Shown here in pieces: positions 26,620-34,770 of a stretch of DNA of 64,000 nt (the stretch's first letter is position 1; every line of letters starts with the position of its first letter). The DNA is from an uncultured Gammaproteobacteria bacterium (GTDB lineage: Bacteria > Pseudomonadota > Gammaproteobacteria > Arenicellales > CAJQKF01): the NCBI GenBank assembly GCA_964350265.1, contig CAYGJZ010000009.1, positions 427 to 64,426 on the forward strand, given 5' to 3'. The position numbers were made by a program, and so were the translations under genes. Under the pieces are notes generated by a model, which had not been told where the DNA came from, did not search any database, and saw only the letters and a program-made list of their open reading frames with translations.

Positions 26620-26624
26620 ACCGC

Positions 26625-28664
26625 ATGAAACTCGCCTTCTGCCTGTTCAAGTACTTCCCCTACAGCGGCCTGTCGCGGGACTTCCTGCGCATCCTGCTGG
26701 AGGCGCGCTCGCGCGGCCACGAGATCCAGGTATTCGTCTCCCAGTGGCAGGGCCCGCGGCCGGAGGGCATACCCATCGAGGTGATGCCCACCTACCGCTG
26801 GATGAACCATGCGCAGAACGCCTCCTTCCACCGCCAGGTGAAGAAGCACCTGCGCGAGCATACCTGGGACGCGGTGATCGGCTTCAACAAGATGCCGGAC
26901 ATGGACATCTACTACGGCGCCGACTTCTGCTACATCGGCCGGGCGGTGCCGCGCTACAGCCCGCTGTACCGCCTGACCCCGCGCTTCCACCACTTCTTCA
27001 CCTTCGAGCGGGCCGTATTCAGCACCCAGAAGCAGACCATGATCCTGTCGCTCTCCGAGCGCGAGAAGGGGGTCTACCAGCAGTTCTACGGCACGCCGGA
27101 AAACCGCTTCCACATCCTGCCGCCGACCCTCGACGAGCAGCGCCGGGTACCGCCGGAACCCGAGCGTGTGCGCCGCGAGATGCGCGACCACCTCGGCATC
27201 GACGAGCAGCGCTTCGTGCTGCTGTTCGTCGGCTCCGGCTTCAAGACCAAGGGACTCGACCGCGCCATCCGCGCCCTGTCGGCGCTGCCCGACGACCTGC
27301 GTACGCGCTCGGAACTGATCGTGGTCGGCCAGGACAACCCGGTGTACTACCAGCGGCTGGCGCGCAAGCTGCGCGTGGATCGCCAGGTTCGCTTCCTCGG
27401 CGGCCGCTCGGACATCCCGGAGATTCTCACCGCCGGTGACCTGTTGCTGCACCCGGCCTACAGCGAGAACACCGGCACCATCCTGCTCGAGGCACTGACC
27501 GCCGGGCTGCCGGTGCTGACCACCGACGTGTGCGGCTATGCCCCGCACATCGACCGCGCAGAAGCCGGCACCGTGCTGCGCTCCCCCTTCGTCCAGGAAG
27601 CGCTCAACGAGCAGCTCGCCGAGATGCTGGTGTCGCCGATGCGCGCCCAGTGGAGCCGCAACGGCCGCGAGTACGGCGACAACCCCAAGCTCTACCGCAT
27701 GCCGCAGACCGCGGTGGACCTGATCGAGGACTGGTGCCGCCAGCGCAGTCCCTGCCCGCACCAGCAGGTGGTGGAAACCGAGGAAGGCGTGAGCATCTAC
27801 ATCCGCGAGGACCTGCGCCAGGCGCTGGCCACGCGGCATGGCTTCGACGACCTGATGTCGATCAACGGCGAGGTGTTCCGCGAGGCCCCGGGCCGGCGCA
27901 CCGTGCGCCTGACCCGCGCTGAACGCAGCTACTTCCTGAAGACCCATACCGGTGTCGGCTGGCAGGAGATCATGAAGAACCTGCTCTACTTCCGCCTGCC
28001 GGTGCTCGGCGCGATGAACGAATGGCACGGCGTGCACCACCTGCACCGGCTCGGCATCGACACCCTGAGCATCGCCGGCTACGGCACCACCAGCGGCAAC
28101 CCGGCCAGGCGGCGCTCGTTCATCGTCACCGACGAGATCAGCAACAGCATCAGCCTGGAAGACTTCTGCGAACGCTGGAAGCGCTCACCGCCGAAGACCG
28201 CCGAGGAAATCCGCTTCAAGCGCTGGCTGATCCGCACCCTGGCGCTGATCTCCCGCGACATGCACAACAGCGGCGCCAACCACCGCGACTACTACCTGTG
28301 CCACTTCCTGCTGCAACGGCACGGCGACCCGGCGGTGCTGTCGCCGGAGAACAGCCGGCTGTTCCTGATCGACCTGCACCGCATGCAGATCCGCCGCCGC
28401 ACCCCGGTGCGCTGGGCGGTGAAGGACATCTCCGGGCTGCGCTACTCGAGCATGGATCTTGGCCTGACCCGGCGCGACATCTACCGCTTCATGCGCATCT
28501 ACCGCTCCAAGCCGCTGAAGCAGGTGCTGGGCGGCGAGAAACTGTTCTGGCGACGGGTGGAATCCCGTGCCCGCAACCTCTACGAGGCCGAGAAGCGACG
28601 CGCCGAGCTGCGCCTGCTCACCGAGCCGAACGCGCAGCCGGTCCGGGCAAGACCGGTACAGTGA
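26625..28664 (+). CDS. waaG-waaP: fused LPS core glucosyltransferase I (GT4, WaaG-like) and core heptose kinase (WaaP-like)
   Basis: ATG 26625 (MKLAFCLFKYFPYSGLSRDF). GT4 part runs to about ...LIEDWCRQRS. It then continues in the same frame, with no stop, into the WaaP pattern FLKTHTGVGWQEIMKNLLYFRLPVLGAMNEW...NHRDYYLCHFLL...LIDLHR. 679 aa in total. Confidence 0.8.
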   Translation: MKLAFCLFKYFPYSGLSRDFLRILLEARSRGHEIQVFVSQWQGPRPEGIPIEVMPTYRWMNHAQNASFHRQVKKHLREHTWDAVIGFNKMPDMDIYYGADFCYIGRAVPRYSPLYRLTPRFHHFFTFERAVFSTQKQTMILSLSEREKGVYQQFYGTPENRFHILPPTLDEQRRVPPEPERVRREMRDHLGIDEQRFVLLFVGSGFKTKGLDRAIRALSALPDDLRTRSELIVVGQDNPVYYQRLARKLRVDRQVRFLGGRSDIPEILTAGDLLLHPAYSENTGTILLEALTAGLPVLTTDVCGYAPHIDRAEAGTVLRSPFVQEALNEQLAEMLVSPMRAQWSRNGREYGDNPKLYRMPQTAVDLIEDWCRQRSPCPHQQVVETEEGVSIYIREDLRQALATRHGFDDLMSINGEVFREAPGRRTVRLTRAERSYFLKTHTGVGWQEIMKNLLYFRLPVLGAMNEWHGVHHLHRLGIDTLSIAGYGTTSGNPARRRSFIVTDEISNSISLEDFCERWKRSPPKTAEEIRFKRWLIRTLALISRDMHNSGANHRDYYLCHFLLQRHGDPAVLSPENSRLFLIDLHRMQIRRRTPVRWAVKDISGLRYSSMDLGLTRRDIYRFMRIYRSKPLKQVLGGEKLFWRRVESRARNLYEAEKRRAELRLLTEPNAQPVRARPVQ

Positions 28665-29428
28665 GCATCGCCCTGCCACGTCCCAGCGCCCACGCGCTGT
28701 TCGGTGCCTATGCGCGCCGCGAAGGCGTGCTGGCCGACGAGTCCGCGGTGCTGGTGCATGCCGGGGCGCGACGCCATGCCTGCCTGCGCGCGCGCTACGA
28801 CTCGCCGGCCATGCGGGCGCTGCTGCTCGACATCGACGAGGAGTTCCGTGCCCCGGGCTTTAGCCGCTACAAGCACGACGGCACGACCACCGTCGGTGGC
28901 TGCTCGCGGGACGGCCGCCGGCTGGTGCTCAAGCGGTACAACACCAAGGGAGCGTGGCACTTCACCCGGCGCCTGCTGCGCCGCTCGCGGGCCTGCAACT
29001 GCTTCGAGTTCGGCAACCGGCTGCTGGCCGCGGGCATCGACACCGCCGCCCCGGTGGCCTACGTGGAGTCGCGCGCCGGGCCGCTGAAGGGGCGCTCGTG
29101 GCTGCTCACCGAGTACGTCGACGGCGTCTCCTGCCTGGACTACGTGCGCAACCAGGCCGATCGACGGGAGGTGGCGGAGATCGCCGCGCGCCTGGAGCGG
29201 CTGTTCCGCCAGCTGGCGGCACTGAAGATCACCCACGGCGACATGAAGGCCTCCAACATCGTGCTGCGCGAGCGACGTTTCCCGGTGCTGATCGATCTCG
29301 ACGGCATGCGTGCCCATGCCGACGGCGCCGGCTATGCCGCCGCCCACCAGCGCGACCGCGAACGTTTCCTGAAGAACTGGCGCGACCGGCCGGAGCTGAT
29401 GATGAGCTTCTCGCGGGTGGAGTGGTAG
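28661..29428 (+). CDS. lipopolysaccharide kinase (InaA/RIO-like) family protein
   Basis: GTG 28661 overlaps the upstream TGA (alternative later ATG). LVLKRYNTKG, LLTEYVDG, catalytic HGDMKASNIVL, LIDLDGM. Confidence 0.7.
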   Translation: MSIALPRPSAHALFGAYARREGVLADESAVLVHAGARRHACLRARYDSPAMRALLLDIDEEFRAPGFSRYKHDGTTTVGGCSRDGRRLVLKRYNTKGAWHFTRRLLRRSRACNCFEFGNRLLAAGIDTAAPVAYVESRAGPLKGRSWLLTEYVDGVSCLDYVRNQADRREVAEIAARLERLFRQLAALKITHGDMKASNIVLRERRFPVLIDLDGMRAHADGAGYAAAHQRDRERFLKNWRDRPELMMSFSRVEW

Positions 29429-29432
29429 AACG

Positions 29433-30281
29433 ATGAGCGACGACCTGTTCGAATTCACCGCCGTGCGCCGGGTGTTCGCGGTCATGGGTCACCCGGTTTC
29501 GCACAGCCTGTCGCCACGCATTCACCGCATGTTTGCCCGCCAGACCGGCATCGAGCTCAGCTACGACGCCATCCAGGTCGACCCCGGCGGCTTCCCCATC
29601 GCGGTGCGCAACTTCCATGCCCACGGCGGCAGCGGGCTGAACGTGACCCTGCCGTTCAAGGAAGAGGCCTTTCGCCTGGCCGACAGCCACACGCCGCGGG
29701 CGCGCCGCGCCGGCGCCGCCAACACCCTGGTACTGGGCGAGGAGATCGTCGCCGACAACACCGACGGCGCCGGGCTGGTACGCGACCTGGTCGACAACCT
29801 CGGCTGCCCGCTCACCGGCCGTCGACTGCTGCTGGTCGGCGCCGGCGGCGCGGTGCGCGGCGTGCTGGCGCCGCTGCTGGACTGCGCGCCCGCCTCGATC
29901 ACCATCGTCAACCGCACCCCGGGACGGGCCGCCGCCCTGGCGCGGGACTTCGGCGACCTCGGCGCGCTGGCCGCGACCACCTTCGCCGCCCTCGCCGACC
30001 AGCGCTTCGACGTGGTCATCAACGGCACCTCCGCCAGCGTGTCGGGGGAGCGGCCGCCATTGCCCGCGTCCTGCATGACCGAATGCCAGCTCGCCTACGA
30101 CATGATGTACGCCGATGCGCCGACCCCCTTCCTGGCCTTTGCCCGGGAGGCCGGCGCCGGACAGGCCCACGACGGCATCGGCATGCTGGTGGAACAGGCC
30201 GCCGAGTCCTTCGCGCTGTGGCATGGCCGCCGCCCGGACACCGACCCGGTGCGATCCGCGCTGCGACCGCCGCGCACCTGA
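29433..30281 (+). CDS. aroE: shikimate dehydrogenase
   Basis: 282 aa. VMGHPVSHSLSPRIH, LNVTLPFKEEA, AANTL, NTDGAGLVRDL, LVGAGGAVRGV. Confidence 0.9.
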   Translation: MSDDLFEFTAVRRVFAVMGHPVSHSLSPRIHRMFARQTGIELSYDAIQVDPGGFPIAVRNFHAHGGSGLNVTLPFKEEAFRLADSHTPRARRAGAANTLVLGEEIVADNTDGAGLVRDLVDNLGCPLTGRRLLLVGAGGAVRGVLAPLLDCAPASITIVNRTPGRAAALARDFGDLGALAATTFAALADQRFDVVINGTSASVSGERPPLPASCMTECQLAYDMMYADAPTPFLAFAREAGAGQAHDGIGMLVEQAAESFALWHGRRPDTDPVRSALRPPRT

Positions 30282-30316
30282 CCAACCCCGACCCCGGCAT
30301 CGCCGGAGGAACCGAC

Positions 30317-30847
30317 ATGCAAGTCCTCAAGCCACGCCAGCCCGTGCCCGACCTCGCCGTCGACACCCTCGACGGCACCTTCACCCTGTCCGCGACGCAG
30401 GCCGAGCACTTCGTCCTCGTGGTCTTCTATCGCGGCCTGCACTGCCCGATCTGCAAGACCTACGTGTCCGAGCTGAACCGTCTTGCCGACGACTTCCGCC
30501 AGCGCGGCGTCGAGGTGATCGTGATCAGCAGCGACAGCCGCGATCGCGCCGAGCAGGCGAAGAGCGACTGGGGACTCGACAACCTCGCCGTCGGCTACGA
30601 CCTTGCCGTCGCCGATGCCCGCGCCTTCGGCCTGCATCGTTCCGCCGGACGCGGCCCGACCAGCACCGGCATCGAGGAACCGGACGAGTTCAGCGAGCCG
30701 GGGCTGTTCCTGGTGCGGGCCGACGGCACCCTGTACTGGTCCAACATCAGCACCATGCCCTTCGCGCGACCGCACTTTCGCGAGGTGCTCGGGGCCATCG
30801 ACTTCGTGCTGGCGAAGGACTACCCGGCCCGCGGCGAACTCGACTAG
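30317..30847 (+). CDS. peroxiredoxin-like (AhpC/TSA family) protein
   Basis: ATG 30317. VVFYRGLHCPICKTYV redox motif; thioredoxin-fold length (176 aa). Confidence 0.8.
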   Translation: MQVLKPRQPVPDLAVDTLDGTFTLSATQAEHFVLVVFYRGLHCPICKTYVSELNRLADDFRQRGVEVIVISSDSRDRAEQAKSDWGLDNLAVGYDLAVADARAFGLHRSAGRGPTSTGIEEPDEFSEPGLFLVRADGTLYWSNISTMPFARPHFREVLGAIDFVLAKDYPARGELD

Positions 30848-31047
30848 GCCTGCGCCCGGGCGAGGCACGGCAAGCCCTTTGCCGGCACCGCTTCGACAAC
30901 GGTGCCGGCAAAGGGCTCGCGGCCCTTGTGCTTGGGCTGGCGACGATAGCCCTTGCCATCGGCGTGGACGCCGCCGCGGCAAAGCCGCGCGGCATGCTTC
31001 GCCACCGGGTTGCGCCGCGTCCTGGCGCGGGGCGTGGTGCGCTTCAT
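30844..31047 (-). CDS. arfA: ArfA-like alternative ribosome-rescue factor (small basic protein)
   Basis: 67 codons. MKRTTPRARTRRNPVAKHAARL...DGKGYRRQPKHKG resembles the ArfA KGKGSY-RR-x-K-HK region. An intragenic perfect hairpin directly follows, as in E. coli arfA. Confidence 0.5.
   Translation of the reverse strand: MKRTTPRARTRRNPVAKHAARLCRGGVHADGKGYRRQPKHKGREPFAGTVVEAVPAKGLPCLARAQA
30874..30916 (-). promoter_or_regulatory. intragenic 17-bp perfect hairpin (candidate RNase III site / bidirectional terminator)
   Basis: Read directly: gccctttgccggcaccg-cttcgacaa-cggtgccggcaaagggc, covering codons 45-58 of the ArfA-like ORF. Confidence 0.55.
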
Positions 31048-31104
31048 GCTGACCTCCGTGAGACAGGTGAATGAATCCGCCGCGACCGCGGCGGGCGGCG
31101 CATG

Positions 31105-31917
31105 CTACCGCTTCTGCCAGGCGTCGACAATGGCCGCCAGCGCATCCACGCCATCGGTCAGCGCGGCCGGCCCGGGCTGCAGGATGATGGCCGACTTGAC
31201 CTCGTGGACATGGCCGCCGGCCACCGCCCGAACACCCGCCCAGCCGGGTCGTTCGGCCACCGATTCGGGACGGAAGCGCCGCCCGCACCACGAGCCGATG
31301 ATGATGTCCGGATCGCGCGCCACCACCGTCATCGGGTCGGCCACGATGCGGTCCTTGCCCAGCGGCTCCACCGACTTTTCCGGGAAGCACTCGCGCCCGC
31401 CGGCCAGCTCGACCAGCTCGGCCACCCAGCGGATGCCGGTGATGATCGGGTCGTACCATTCCTCGAAGTAGACCAGCGGCCTGTCCTGGTAGCGGGCGGC
31501 ACGCTCGCGCACCTGGTCGAGGTGACGCTCCAGCGAGTCCACCAGCGCGGCGGTCCGCTGCACCGCGCCGACCAGGTGGCCGAGGCGGACAATCATGTCG
31601 AGGATGTCTTCCACCGAGCGCTGGTTGAACACGTGCACCTCGATGCCCAGGGTCACCAGCTCGCGGGCGATGTCGGCCTGCAGGTCGGAAAAGCCCAGCA
31701 CCAGGTCCGGCTTGAGCTCGACGATGCGCTCGATCTTGGCCGAGGTGAAGGCCGAGACCTTCGGCTTCTCCCGCCGCGCCCGGGGCGGACGCACGGTGAA
31801 GCCGGAGATGCCGACGATGCGGTCGGACTCGCCGAGCAGGTAGAGGGTTTCCACCGTCTCCTCGGTGAGGCAGACGATGCGCGAAGGAAAGCGGTCCTGG
31901 CCGGTGCGTTGGTTCAC
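31105..31917 (-). CDS. BtuF/FecB-type (cluster A) periplasmic-binding-protein-fold protein lacking a signal peptide
   Basis: GTG 31917 overlaps the upstream TGA. (M)NQRTGQDRFPSRIVCLTEETVETLYLLGESDRIVGIS...LKPDLVLG...PDIIIGSWCG matches the cobalamin/siderophore binding-protein pattern. There is no hydrophobic leader. Confidence 0.7.
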   Translation of the reverse strand: MNQRTGQDRFPSRIVCLTEETVETLYLLGESDRIVGISGFTVRPPRARREKPKVSAFTSAKIERIVELKPDLVLGFSDLQADIARELVTLGIEVHVFNQRSVEDILDMIVRLGHLVGAVQRTAALVDSLERHLDQVRERAARYQDRPLVYFEEWYDPIITGIRWVAELVELAGGRECFPEKSVEPLGKDRIVADPMTVVARDPDIIIGSWCGRRFRPESVAERPGWAGVRAVAGGHVHEVKSAIILQPGPAALTDGVDALAAIVDAWQKR

Positions 31918-32798
31918 GGTGTCCTCGCGATGGCAGTGCGTCGGTTGCCGGCGACGCAGGCGATCACCGCCAGGGCGAAGACCATGTCGCGCAGCTCGAT
32001 GCCTTCGTGCAGCAGCACGGCGGCGGCGGCGGCGGTGACGAAGGGCTGCAGCAGTTGCACCTGCGACACCCGCGCCACGCCACCCAGGGCCAGGCCCCGG
32101 TTCCAGAAGAAGAAGCCGGCCAACTGGCTGACCAGCGCCAGGTAGGCGAAGGCCAGCCAGTGACCGCCGTCGAGGTCGGCGGGCAGCGGCCGGTGCCACC
32201 ACGCGGGCAGCACGATCAGCGGCGCCGACAGCACCAGGGCCCAGCAGATCACCCGCCAGCCACCCATCTCCCGCGCCAGCCGTCCACCGGCCGCGTAACC
32301 CGTCGCGGCCGCCGCCACCGCCGCCACCAGCAGGGCATCTCCCGCCGCCAGCGAGGCGAGGTCGCTGCCGCCGGCATAGAGCATGACCAGCACCGCGCCG
32401 GCCACCGCGGTCAGCCAGAACATCGGCGACGGCCGTTCGTGGTTGATGACCACGCTGGCCAGGGCGGTGGCCAGCGGCAGCAGGCCGAGGACCACCCCGC
32501 CGTGCACCGCCGGCACCGTGCGCATGGCCATCGCCGACAGCAGCGGGAAGCCCAGCACCACCCCGCCCGCCACCACCGCCAGTTGCGGCCACTGGCCGCG
32601 GCTCGGCCAGGGGGCGCGCGAAACCAGCAGCAGGATGGCCGCCGCCATCGCCGCCACCACGGCCCGGCCAAGGCCGATGAACACCGGGTCCATCACGGTC
32701 ACCAGCAGCCGGGTCATCGGCAGCGTCAGGCCGAAGGCCACCACCCCGGCCAGGCCCCAGGCCAGGCCGCGAACCACCGCCGGCTCGCTGGCGCTCAC
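31914..32798 (-). CDS. EamA/DMT-family transporter
   Basis: GTG 32798 overlaps the sirtuin TGA. About 10 hydrophobic helices in two EamA-like halves. Confidence 0.8.
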   Translation of the reverse strand: MSASEPAVVRGLAWGLAGVVAFGLTLPMTRLLVTVMDPVFIGLGRAVVAAMAAAILLLVSRAPWPSRGQWPQLAVVAGGVVLGFPLLSAMAMRTVPAVHGGVVLGLLPLATALASVVINHERPSPMFWLTAVAGAVLVMLYAGGSDLASLAAGDALLVAAVAAAATGYAAGGRLAREMGGWRVICWALVLSAPLIVLPAWWHRPLPADLDGGHWLAFAYLALVSQLAGFFFWNRGLALGGVARVSQVQLLQPFVTAAAAAVLLHEGIELRDMVFALAVIACVAGNRRTAIARTP

Positions 32799-33682
32799 CG
32801 GGGCGGCAGCCGTTGCACCAGCGCTTCGAGCACCACCTGGCAGTCGTGGTCGATCTTCAGCGTGGCCTCGTCGTCGGCCCGGGTGCGGCCGCGGTTGACC
32901 AGCCACACCGGCTTGCCGGCGGCGCGGGCCGCGCGCACGAAGCGGTAGCCGGAATAGACCATCAGCGACGAGCCGACCACCAGCAGGGCGCCGCTGTGGG
33001 CGAGAGCCTCGTGCACCCGGGCGACGCGGGCGGCGGGCACCGACTCGCCGAAGAAGACCACGTCCGGCTTGAGCACGCCGCCGCATCGGCGGCAGTCCAC
33101 CAGCACCAGGTCGTGGTAGCCGTCGTCCAGGACCGCGTCGCCGTCGGCGGCGCTGGCCACCCGCCCGGCGCTGGCGGCAAGGCCCTCGACGAAGACCGGG
33201 TTGGCCTCGCCCATGCGCCGCTGCAGGAGATCGCGGGCCATGCTGGCGCCACAGCCGGTACAGGCCACCCGGGCAAGCTCGCCGTGCAGGGCGATCAGCC
33301 GCGCCTGGCCGGCGTCGCGGTGCAGGGCATCGACGTTCTGCGTGACCAGGGTGTGCAGGTAGCCCATCCGTTCCAGCGCCGCCAGCGCGTGGTGGCTGCC
33401 GTTGGGACGGGCGTCGCGCATCCTCGGCCAACCGACCATGCTGCGCGCCCAGTAGCGTCGCCGCGCCGCCGGCGACGACATGAACTCGCCGTGGTTCATC
33501 GGCGGCGGCTGCTTCCAGCGGCCGTCGACGTCGCGGTAGTCGGGAATGCCCGAGGCGGTGCTCAGGCCGGCGCCGCCGAGCACCAGCACCGGCGCATGGG
33601 CGGCAACCTGGCGGGCGAGCTGGTCGATGGCGAGGGGAAGGTCGGCGCCGACGCCGCGAGCCGCCTCAGTGACTGCGGTCAC
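32795..33682 (-). CDS. cobB: NAD-dependent protein deacylase (Sir2 family)
   Basis: 295 aa. GAGLSTASGIPDYR, QNVDALH, HG, zinc ribbon CTGCG...CRRCGG, GSSLMVYSG. Confidence 0.85.
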   Translation of the reverse strand: MTAVTEAARGVGADLPLAIDQLARQVAAHAPVLVLGGAGLSTASGIPDYRDVDGRWKQPPPMNHGEFMSSPAARRRYWARSMVGWPRMRDARPNGSHHALAALERMGYLHTLVTQNVDALHRDAGQARLIALHGELARVACTGCGASMARDLLQRRMGEANPVFVEGLAASAGRVASAADGDAVLDDGYHDLVLVDCRRCGGVLKPDVVFFGESVPAARVARVHEALAHSGALLVVGSSLMVYSGYRFVRAARAAGKPVWLVNRGRTRADDEATLKIDHDCQVVLEALVQRLPPR

Positions 33683-33980
33683 GCGGTACGTAGACCCCGC
33701 TTTCCGGCTCGTCGAACCAGTCCTTCAGCTCCGGGTGGCTGACCGGCTCGCCGGAGGTGTCCTCGACCAGGTTCTGCTCGGAGACATAGGCCAGGTAGGT
33801 GGTTTCCTCGTTCTCGGCCAACAGGTGGTAGAAGGGCTGGTCCTTGCGCGGACGGATGTGCTCGGGGATGGACTCGTACCATTCCTCGGTGTTGTCGAAC
33901 TGCGGATCGATGTCGTAGACGATGCCGCGGAACGGGTACAGGCGATGCCTGACCACCTGGCCGATGCCGAACTTGGCCAC
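33666..33980 (-). CDS. hspQ: heat-shock protein HspQ (YccV hemimethylated-DNA-binding domain)
   Basis: 104 aa from GTG 33980. (M)AKFGIGQVVRHRLYPFRGIVYDIDP...PFYHLL parallels E. coli HspQ [26 protein letters not shown]...PWYHVV. Confidence 0.85.
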   Translation of the reverse strand: MAKFGIGQVVRHRLYPFRGIVYDIDPQFDNTEEWYESIPEHIRPRKDQPFYHLLAENEETTYLAYVSEQNLVEDTSGEPVSHPELKDWFDEPESGVYVPRDRSH

Positions 33981-34269
33981 CGTGACCCGGTTCACTTCCA
34001 ATGCGCCTGTTTCCACCTTCGACCCCGACGTTGACCCCGTGTTGATGGCGACCGGGTCTCGCTGCCCGCGCCGCGCCACTGCGATGATAGTGTAACGATA
34101 CCGTTCGCGGATTTGAATGTGGCGGCGCGCAAGAGGAAAATTCAAGCCCCTGGACAGACGTTCGCCTGCCCTCGTACGCGGCAGCCGGCGAAGCCGCCAT
34201 GCGCCAGGACAGAGGAAACACCCGAACCGATGACCATGTGCCAAGCACCACGCCTGCACCGCCGCCGCC

Positions 34270-34770
34270 ATGAACACTGACCCGGTACGCATCGCCGCCG
34301 CCACCGACATGGACGCGGTGCGCACCCTGTTCACCGAGTACCAGCAATTCCTCGACGTCGACCTGTGCTTCCAGGACTTCGACGAGGAACTGGCCGACCT
34401 GCCCGGCAAGTACACCCCGCCGTCGGGTGCCATCCTGTTCGGCTGGCGCGGCGAGGCGCTGGCCGGCTGCGTGGCCATGCGCCCGCTCACCGCCGATACC
34501 TGCGAGATGAAGCGCCTCTACGTGCGCGACGATCATCGCGGCCACGGCATCGGCGCGCGCCTGGCCAGGGCCTCGATGGAGGCGGCCAGGCAGGCGGGCT
34601 ACCGTCGCATGTGCCTGGACACCCTGCCGAAGCTGGCCACCGCCATCGGCATGTACGAGCGCATGGGCTTTCGTCGCATCGCGCCCTACTACCACAACCC
34701 CCTGCCCGGCGTGCTCTACCTGGAATGCACGCTGGCGCCGTCGACCTCGCCGGGTGTCGCACGCAGGTAG
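34270..34770 (+). CDS. GNAT family N-acetyltransferase
   Basis: 166 aa. CEMKRLYVRDDHRGHGIGARLARASMEAARQAGYRRMCLDT is the acetyl-CoA binding motif A. Confidence 0.8.
   Translation: MNTDPVRIAAATDMDAVRTLFTEYQQFLDVDLCFQDFDEELADLPGKYTPPSGAILFGWRGEALAGCVAMRPLTADTCEMKRLYVRDDHRGHGIGARLARASMEAARQAGYRRMCLDTLPKLATAIGMYERMGFRRIAPYYHNPLPGVLYLECTLAPSTSPGVARR

Noticed and set aside
26106-26624. N-terminal extension of the waaG-waaP ORF into waaF
   Set aside because: It overlaps the well-supported waaF frame. MKLAFCLFKYFPYSG at 26625 matches the usual WaaG N-terminus.
32795-33682. Sir2-domain protein as a possible anti-phage defence effector (Thoeris/DSR-like)
   Set aside because: It has the size, zinc ribbon (CxxC...CxxC) and GAGxS/QNVD/HG motifs of a housekeeping CobB/SIRT4-class deacylase. 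It has no partner domains or defence-type neighbours.
34060-34090. GCCACTG string upstream of the GNAT gene as a possible cobalamin riboswitch core (a BtuF-like gene is nearby)
   Set aside because: No other conserved riboswitch elements are visible around it. It is also on the wrong strand and at the wrong position to control the BtuF-like gene.
34111-34150. sigma-32-like promoter upstream of hspQ (minus strand CTTGAAT-N15-CCGCCACATT)
   Set aside because: The -35 element is good, but the -10 matches CCCCATNT poorly. It is too weak to call without 5'-end data.
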